A stretch of 64,000 nt of DNA from an uncultured Bacilli bacterium (GTDB lineage: Bacteria; Bacillota_I; Bacilli_A; RF39; UBA660), in assembly GCA_947629205.1 (NCBI GenBank), contig CANRCV010000002.1, forward strand, positions 5,958-69,957, read 5' to 3'. How positions within the stretch are numbered: position 1 is the stretch's first letter; each line of letters starts with the position of its first letter. Shown here one piece after another: positions 58,169-64,000 of the stretch. The notes beneath the pieces were generated by a model. It was not told the origin of the DNA. It saw nothing but the letters and a program-made list of their open reading frames with translations, and did not search any database. The translations under genes were made by a program, and so were the position numbers.

Positions 58169-59359
58169 ATGATAGAAAGACCTGAATATTTAAATCAATT
58201 AATTCAATTTAAGGATAAAGATTTAATTAAAATTGTTACGGGAATAAGAAGATGTGGAAAATCAACTTTATATGAACTCTATATAGAATATTTAAAAAGT
58301 AATGGCATTTCTAATGAACAAATTATCTATCTTAATTTAGAAGATTACACTTTCGATACGATCAAAGATTATAAAGATTTATATGAATACATTGATTCTA
58401 AATTAATAAAAGAGAAACAAAATTATGTTTTTATTGATGAAGTACAAAAAGTAATCGATTTTCAAAAAGCTTGTGATAGCTTATATATAAAGAAAAATGT
58501 AGATCTATATATTACGGGTTCTAATTCAAAATTATTATCAGGAGAACTTGCTACTTTACTATCAGGAAGATATGTAGAAATAAAAATGTTGCCTTTATCT
58601 TTTAAAGAATATATTTCATATGTAGGAGAAAATGATATTCAAAAAAAATATGTTGATTATATTACCAAAGGTTCTTTTCCTTATACATTAATGTTAAAGG
58701 ATACAACGGATATTAAAATGTATTTAGACGGATTATATAATACCGTTATTGTAAATGATATAGCAGATCGAAAAGATATTGCAGATATTGGTATGTTAAA
58801 AGATATCATTAAGTTTATGTTTGATAATATTGGAAATATTTGTTCTAGTACAAGTATCGCCAATACTATGACATCAAGTGGGAGAAAAATATCTGTTCCT
58901 ACTGTCGAAAAATATTTAGAGGCGTTAGTGGAATCTTACGTTTTATATAAAGTACCTAGATACGATATAAAAGGCAAAAACTATTTAATTTCTGGGGCAA
59001 AATATTATGTTAGTGATGTGGGTTTAAGATATTATTTGTTAGGAAGAAAAATAGGCGATGATGGCAGTATTTTAGAAAATATTGTTTATTTAGAATTATT
59101 AAGAAGAGGATATGAGGTTTATATAGGAAAACAAGATATGAATGAGGTTGATTTTGTGGCTATAAATGAAAAAGGAGTAGAATATTACCAAGTAAGTTAT
59201 ACAGTAAAAGATGAAAAAACGTTAGAAAGAGAATTAAATTCTTTAGAAAACATTAATGACCATAATCCCAAATATTTACTTACAACCGATTATGCTCCCT
59301 ATACATCTTATAATGGAATTAAACAAATCAATGTTTTTGATTGGCTTTTAAATAAATAA
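58169..59359 (+). CDS. AAA ATPase with DUF4143 C-terminal domain
   Basis: GIRRCGKST Walker A, VFIDEVQ Walker B, typical about 400-aa architecture. Confidence 0.7.
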   Translation: MIERPEYLNQLIQFKDKDLIKIVTGIRRCGKSTLYELYIEYLKSNGISNEQIIYLNLEDYTFDTIKDYKDLYEYIDSKLIKEKQNYVFIDEVQKVIDFQKACDSLYIKKNVDLYITGSNSKLLSGELATLLSGRYVEIKMLPLSFKEYISYVGENDIQKKYVDYITKGSFPYTLMLKDTTDIKMYLDGLYNTVIVNDIADRKDIADIGMLKDIIKFMFDNIGNICSSTSIANTMTSSGRKISVPTVEKYLEALVESYVLYKVPRYDIKGKNYLISGAKYYVSDVGLRYYLLGRKIGDDGSILENIVYLELLRRGYEVYIGKQDMNEVDFVAINEKGVEYYQVSYTVKDEKTLERELNSLENINDHNPKYLLTTDYAPYTSYNGIKQINVFDWLLNK

Positions 59360-59433
59360 AACATTCTATTATTATAAATTGCTTTTTTTAAACCTTTGTG
59401 TTAAAGTAATACAAAAAAAGAAGGGAAATGCCT

Positions 59434-59949
59434 ATGGAAGAAGAAAAAGTAGCAGAAATAATTTATAATAAGATACGAAATGAAAATATAAAGTATGTCG
59501 AAGAACTTGTATATCAAAATCCTCAATATTTGGAAACAAAAGAGTATATGTCTTATGTTTTAAGTGATTATGATATTTGTGTATTAGATATTCTAAAAGC
59601 AATACAAAATAATGAGGATTTAAATCAAATTTATACATATTCTTTAAATCATTATCTAAAAACAGATATAAATGCTTTTTTAAGTTATGTTTTAATGGTA
59701 AGAGAAATAGGATTAAAAGCAATTACAGATTATATACTCCATTCTAAAAGTGGAGAAGATTTTTCTTGGATTTCTGTTGTTTTAGAATGTTTTACTTATG
59801 AAGAAGGTTTAGAAATTAAAAAAGCATTTTTAAAAGTAATGACTAATTTTATTGATCTTTCTTCCTTACATAATAGTATAATTGATCATTTTTTTAATAC
59901 GATTATGGCTAGTTTAGAAGAAAATGAAAAAAAAGCATTGCATTTTTAA
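59434..59949 (+). CDS. hypothetical protein (about 171 aa)
   Basis: ORF with AAGGGA RBS; no family recognised. Confidence 0.4.
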   Translation: MEEEKVAEIIYNKIRNENIKYVEELVYQNPQYLETKEYMSYVLSDYDICVLDILKAIQNNEDLNQIYTYSLNHYLKTDINAFLSYVLMVREIGLKAITDYILHSKSGEDFSWISVVLECFTYEEGLEIKKAFLKVMTNFIDLSSLHNSIIDHFFNTIMASLEENEKKALHF

Positions 59950-60050
59950 GGGGATTTATAATATAATAATAACGAAGTTTAATCTTAGTTGGAAAATCCC
60001 TTCGATTTCTTACTCAGTTTAAACCGATTTATAAAAAAAGGAGGATTTAT

Positions 60051-60320
60051 ATGACAATTACAAAAGAAGAAAAAGCAGCAATCATTAAAGAATTTGGTAA
60101 AAATGCGAAAGATTGTGGTTCTACAGAGGTCCAAATTGCTATTCTTACAAAAAAAATTAATGCATTAACGGATCATTTAAAAGAACATATTCATGATTAC
60201 CATTCTAAAAGAGGACTTTTAATGATGGTTGGAAAAAGAAGAAAGTTACTAGATTATTTAAAAGAAAATGATGTAGTTTCTTATCGTAATCTAATTGAAA
60301 AACTAAATATAAGAAAATAA
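60051..60320 (+). CDS. rpsO: 30S ribosomal protein S15
   Basis: [11 protein letters not shown]…[10 protein letters not shown]. Confidence 0.95.
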   Translation: MTITKEEKAAIIKEFGKNAKDCGSTEVQIAILTKKINALTDHLKEHIHDYHSKRGLLMMVGKRRKLLDYLKENDVVSYRNLIEKLNIRK

Positions 60321-60371
60321 TGGCACTTGTTTTTTAAAGTGTCTTTTTTTATGAAAAAATGGAGGTAAAGT

Positions 60372-62555
60372 ATGAAGAAAAAAGTTTTTGAACTTGATTT
60401 TTTAGGAAGAAAATTAATTGTTGAAACAGGAGAATTAGCAAAACAAACGAATGGTTCTGTATTGGTTCGTTATGGAGATACAGTCGTACTTTCTGTTTGC
60501 GTAATGGGTAAAAATACGATTACAGCCGATTTTTTCCCATTAACCGTTTTATACCAAGAAAAATTATATTCTGTTGGTAAAATTCCAGGAGGATTTATTA
60601 AAAGAGAAGGACGTCCTACTGATGAAGCAACACTTGCAGCAAGAATTATCGATCGACCAATACGACCTATGTTTGATGAAAATTTAAGAAATGAAATACA
60701 AGTTATTAATACGGTTTTATCTGTAGATCAAGATAATTCACCTATTATGGCAGCCTTATTTGGTTCTAGTTTATGTTTAGGTATCAGTGATATTCCATTT
60801 GATGGACCTGTTGCAGGGGTTGTTGTTGGAAAAATTGGTAAAGAATTTATTATTAATCCTACCAAAGAAGAATTAGAACAAAGTAGTCTTAATTTAACAG
60901 TAGCTGGAACGAAAGAAGCTATTTGTATGGTAGAAGCTGGAGCAGAGGAATTAAGTGAAAAAGATATGTTAGAAGCCTTACTATTTGGTCATGAACATAT
61001 TAAAACTTTATGTGAATTTGAACAAAAAATCATCGATGAAATTGGTATTGAAAAACAAGAATTAGTAGTAGCTAAAGTAGATGAAGAATTAGAAAAAAAG
61101 GTAAGAGAATATGCTACCAAAGATATGCTTGCTGCTATTCAAATTAAAGATAAATTAGAAAGTTATGCCAAAATTGAAGAAGTCAAAAATCAAACCTTAG
61201 AAAATTTTGCAGAGATTTATGCTGATGATGAAAATATCGAACAAATCTTAAAAGATGTTAAAAAAGTAGTAGATCAAATTGAAGGGGACGAGGTAAGAAG
61301 ATTAATTACGGATAAAAAGATTCGACCAGATGGAAGAAAAATGGATGAAATAAGACATTTAGATGCCCAAGTGGATATTTTACCAAGACCACATGGAAGT
61401 GCTTTATTTACGAGAGGAGAAACGCAAGCTCTTGCTACAACGACTCTAGGAGCCATTGGAGAACATCAAATATTAGATGGACTTGGTATTGAAGATACAA
61501 AAAGATTTATGTTACATTATAATTTTCCTCAATTTTCAGTAGGAGAAACGGGAAGATATGGTTCTCCAGGAAGACGTGAAATTGGGCATGGAGCTTTAGG
61601 GGAAAGAGCTCTTGCTCAAGTAATACCAAGTGAAGAAGAATTCCCTTATACCATTCGTGTCGTTAGTGAAATACTAGAAAGTAATGGATCTAGTAGTCAA
61701 GCTACTATTTGTGCAGGTTGTCTTTCATTAATGGCAGCAGGAGTTCCTATTAAAAAACCAGTAGCAGGTATTGCTATGGGACTTATTACAAATGGCAAAA
61801 AATATACGATTTTAACTGATATTGCTGGACTAGAAGATCATATGGGAGATATGGACTTTAAAGTAGCTGGAACAAAAGATGGTATTTGTGCGTTACAAAT
61901 GGATATTAAAATTAAAGGAGTTACCAAAAATATATTAAAAGAAGCTCTTGCTCAAGCGAAAAAAGCAAGACTTGAAATCTTAGATGTCATGACGGATTGT
62001 ATTAAAGAACCGAGAAAAGAATTATCTGTTTATGCTCCTAAAATTGAAACGTTTAAAATTGAGCCTGAAAAGATTAAAGATGTTATTGGTCGTGGAGGAG
62101 AAATGATTACGAAAATCATTTTAGAAGCAAGTCATGTTGCTACTGTCAATGATAAAGATGCTGTAAAAGTAGATTTAGAAGATGATGGAAGAGTTATTAT
62201 TTACCATACCGATAAAGAAATTATTGAAAAAACCAAAGAAATGATTTTAAATGTTGTACGTGAGGTAGAAGAAGGAGAAATCTATACGGGAGTTGTTACA
62301 AAAGTAGAAGATTTTGGATGTTTTGTAGAACTTTGGGAAGGTTGTGAAGGTTTAGTACACGTCTCTCAACTAGCCCATGAACGTGTAAATAAACCAAGTG
62401 ATTTATTTAAAGTAGGAGATCAAATTGTGGTAAAAAGTCTAGGATATGACAATCGTGGAAGATTAAATTTATCCAGAAAAGAAGCCCTACCTGCTCCTAA
62501 AAAGATAGAAAAAGAAGAAAGTAAAAAAACAAAGAAAAAAGAAAGTAAAAAATAG
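60372..62555 (+). CDS. pnp: polyribonucleotide nucleotidyltransferase (PNPase)
   Basis: Two RNase PH domains, KH and S1 domains, K-rich tail. Confidence 0.95.
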   Translation: MKKKVFELDFLGRKLIVETGELAKQTNGSVLVRYGDTVVLSVCVMGKNTITADFFPLTVLYQEKLYSVGKIPGGFIKREGRPTDEATLAARIIDRPIRPMFDENLRNEIQVINTVLSVDQDNSPIMAALFGSSLCLGISDIPFDGPVAGVVVGKIGKEFIINPTKEELEQSSLNLTVAGTKEAICMVEAGAEELSEKDMLEALLFGHEHIKTLCEFEQKIIDEIGIEKQELVVAKVDEELEKKVREYATKDMLAAIQIKDKLESYAKIEEVKNQTLENFAEIYADDENIEQILKDVKKVVDQIEGDEVRRLITDKKIRPDGRKMDEIRHLDAQVDILPRPHGSALFTRGETQALATTTLGAIGEHQILDGLGIEDTKRFMLHYNFPQFSVGETGRYGSPGRREIGHGALGERALAQVIPSEEEFPYTIRVVSEILESNGSSSQATICAGCLSLMAAGVPIKKPVAGIAMGLITNGKKYTILTDIAGLEDHMGDMDFKVAGTKDGICALQMDIKIKGVTKNILKEALAQAKKARLEILDVMTDCIKEPRKELSVYAPKIETFKIEPEKIKDVIGRGGEMITKIILEASHVATVNDKDAVKVDLEDDGRVIIYHTDKEIIEKTKEMILNVVREVEEGEIYTGVVTKVEDFGCFVELWEGCEGLVHVSQLAHERVNKPSDLFKVGDQIVVKSLGYDNRGRLNLSRKEALPAPKKIEKEESKKTKKKESKK

Positions 62556-62563
62556 GTGGTTTT

Positions 62564-62983
62564 ATGAATCAATTTTATATTTTACAACAAGAATTAAGTA
62601 TAGAAAAACACCAAAGATTATTAGAAAAACAATTACAAGATCAACATAAACAACTCTCTATGTTACAAAACAATTGTCAACATATGGAAGTTATTTTAGG
62701 AAAAAGTCATTACGCTTTAGAACCGGTTCGTCGTTGTTTATGGTGTGGCAAAAGAATTCATTTTTTAGCTAACTATATGGTAGATGCTAGTAATATTTTT
62801 AAAGAATATAATTTAGATGATTATGAAGAATGTGCTCAAAAATTTTATCGTATTCAATTATGTGCTTATGAATTATTACAAAAATGTCCTACTTTATCAC
62901 AAGAAGAATTACAAGAACAATTAAATTCCTATTTTAACTTTATAGAACAAGAAGAAAAGAAATTAGCAAAAAAGATGCCTTAA
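62564..62983 (+). CDS. hypothetical protein (139 aa, Cys-containing)
   Basis: ORF with GGTGG RBS directly after pnp. Confidence 0.4.
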   Translation: MNQFYILQQELSIEKHQRLLEKQLQDQHKQLSMLQNNCQHMEVILGKSHYALEPVRRCLWCGKRIHFLANYMVDASNIFKEYNLDDYEECAQKFYRIQLCAYELLQKCPTLSQEELQEQLNSYFNFIEQEEKKLAKKMP

Positions 62984-62996
62984 AAAACATCTTTTT

Positions 62997-63203
62997 TTAT
63001 TTTACTTTTTCAACTATTTTTTTTACTTCATCGGCAATTTCTTTATCACTTAAATTTAAGGCTATAACGATTTTAGCAAAAGTATCCAATAGAGGCATAT
63101 TTAAATTATTTTCAATTCGAAAGATTGTTTTTCGGTCTATGTTGGTTATTTTTTCTAATTGTTCTTGTGACATATTGATTCTTTTTCGATATTCTTTTAA
63201 CAT
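62997..63203 (-). CDS. XRE-family HTH regulator (68 aa)
   Basis: MSQEQLEKITNIDRKTIFRIENN; divergent from paralog P5. Confidence 0.8.
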   Translation of the reverse strand: MLKEYRKRINMSQEQLEKITNIDRKTIFRIENNLNMPLLDTFAKIVIALNLSDKEIADEVKKIVEKVK

Positions 63204-63227
63204 TTGCTTTCACCTACAAAAATTGTA

Positions 63228-63300
63228 GCAAGTTTGCCACATTCTTACATTGACAAGTATGCCCCATTTGTGTTATTTTTTAATAGGGCAAGTGTGCCTC
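63228..63300 (+). promoter_or_regulatory. three direct operator-like repeats CAAGTNTGCCNC spanning the P5 promoter
   Basis: gcaagtttgccac (63228-63240), acaagtatgcccc (63253-63265), gcaagtgtgcctc (63288-63300); TTGACA at 63250-63255. Confidence 0.5.
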
Positions 63301-63312
63301 AGTGGAGGTATT

Positions 63313-64000
63313 ATGAAATTACAAAGATTTATTAAAAATAAAAAACAAAAACAAATTTTAATTGGAACAATAATAGGAATTATCATACTTATTGGTGGTA
63401 TCACTTTATACCGCACTTTTGCACTATATAAAGCAGAAAAATCTTTTGATGTTATAAAAGGTATTGTGCCTGATTTTAGTAGTGGAGATGTAACGCTTGC
63501 TTTTACAGTAAATAAGAAAACAGAAAGTGGTGTTGCTTTTCCCAATAGAAATGAAGGATTCAAAGCAGATGGTGTTACATGTGAAAATAATGTTTTAGCC
63601 AGTTGGGATGAAGATAATTGGGCATTAAAAATAGAGAATAGTAATAAAAATAGTAGAATAAAATGTACAATAAATTTTAAAAGATATGAAGAAAGTATAT
63701 TAAATGGAGCTTATCCAGTATTAAAAGAGGGATTAGTACCAGTAAAAATTGATGATAATGGAACAGTAACGAAAGCAAATATTGAAGAAAACTGGTATGA
63801 GTATAGTCAAAAGAAATGGGCGAATGCTGTTATATTAGTAGATGGAAAAACTGAAGCAAACTATAAAGAAGGTCAAACTATACCTGAAACAGATATAGAA
63901 AGCTATTTTGTATGGATACCAAAATATAAATACAAAATCTTTGATATGGGGGATTATTCAACATTAACCCAAGAACAAGATAAAAATAATAATGCAGTTG
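63313..64000 (+). CDS. FGE-sulfatase-like family paralog P5, N-terminal part (runs off the window; absent from ORF track because it has no stop)
   Basis: Hand translation MKLQRFIKNKKQKQILIGTIIGIIILIGGITLYRTFALYKAEK…LNGAYPVLKEGLVPVKIDDNGTVTKANIEENWYEYSQKKWANAVIL…IESYFVWIPKYKYKIFDMG; GGAGG RBS. Confidence 0.7.
   Translation, partial: MKLQRFIKNKKQKQILIGTIIGIIILIGGITLYRTFALYKAEKSFDVIKGIVPDFSSGDVTLAFTVNKKTESGVAFPNRNEGFKADGVTCENNVLASWDEDNWALKIENSNKNSRIKCTINFKRYEESILNGAYPVLKEGLVPVKIDDNGTVTKANIEENWYEYSQKKWANAVILVDGKTEANYKEGQTIPETDIESYFVWIPKYKYKIFDMGDYSTLTQEQDKNNNAV

Noticed and set aside
1-64000. CRISPR arrays, rRNA genes, integrases, classical IS transposases
   Set aside because: I saw no regularly spaced 25-40-nt repeats and no rRNA-like sequence. 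No ORF has integrase or DDE transposase motifs. This was a by-eye inspection, so short degenerate elements could be missed.
1-64000. DGR reverse transcriptase, Avd or template repeat matching the A-poor paralog tails
   Set aside because: No ORF has RT motifs (YxDD), and none of the inspected intergenic gaps >100 nt resembles the tails. The DGR idea is therefore reported only as a hypothesis that needs the rest of the genome.
1-64000. Alternative genetic code (TGA=Trp, as in Mollicutes relatives)
   Set aside because: Trp is encoded by TGG throughout, and all recognisable genes are intact with TGA as stop.

Overview
AT-rich, low-GC Firmicutes-type chromosome segment (spore-former; Erysipelotrichia/Clostridia-like by gene content). 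Almost all genes lie on the + strand. Recognisable core genes: spoVAC-D-E, a CDF transporter, nifJ (PFOR), recG, a ytrA-like GntR/ABC operon, a Bce-like ABC + two-component module, copZ-copA, an M60-like peptidase + GH25 muramidase pair, tRNA-Thr(GGU), a block of redox enzymes, rimP-nusA-rnpM-infB-rbfA-truB and rpsO-pnp.

Accessory material is interleaved with these:
- an AAA ATPase + RloB-like pair at the left edge;
- an atypical STAS + sigma-factor operon with no SpoIIAB kinase;
- a fused m5C+m6A methyltransferase with an HNH nuclease (type IIS-like R-M);
- a WYL-regulator cassette;
- a DUF4143 ATPase island between truB and rpsO.

The most striking feature is a five-member mosaic family of membrane-anchored proteins with a C-terminal FGE-sulfatase/C-type-lectin-like domain (2633-7920 x3, 51414-52916, 63313->64000).
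- Each locus has its own small divergent DNA-binding regulator, and two loci sit next to Rpn/PD-(D/E)XK nuclease genes.
- In the four paralogs whose 3' end is in the window (the fifth runs off the edge), the last ~160-200 nt switch abruptly to A-poor, GC-richer, NNC/NNT-codon sequence.
- This resembles a diversity-generating-retroelement variable region, but no RT or template repeat is present in the window.

Several promoter+terminator-defined small RNAs were read directly from intergenic sequence: a 29-aa type-I-toxin-like ORF with a convergent sRNA, a 14-nt box shared by three RNAs, and Spo0A-box promoters. No CRISPR array, rRNA, integrase or classical transposase was seen.
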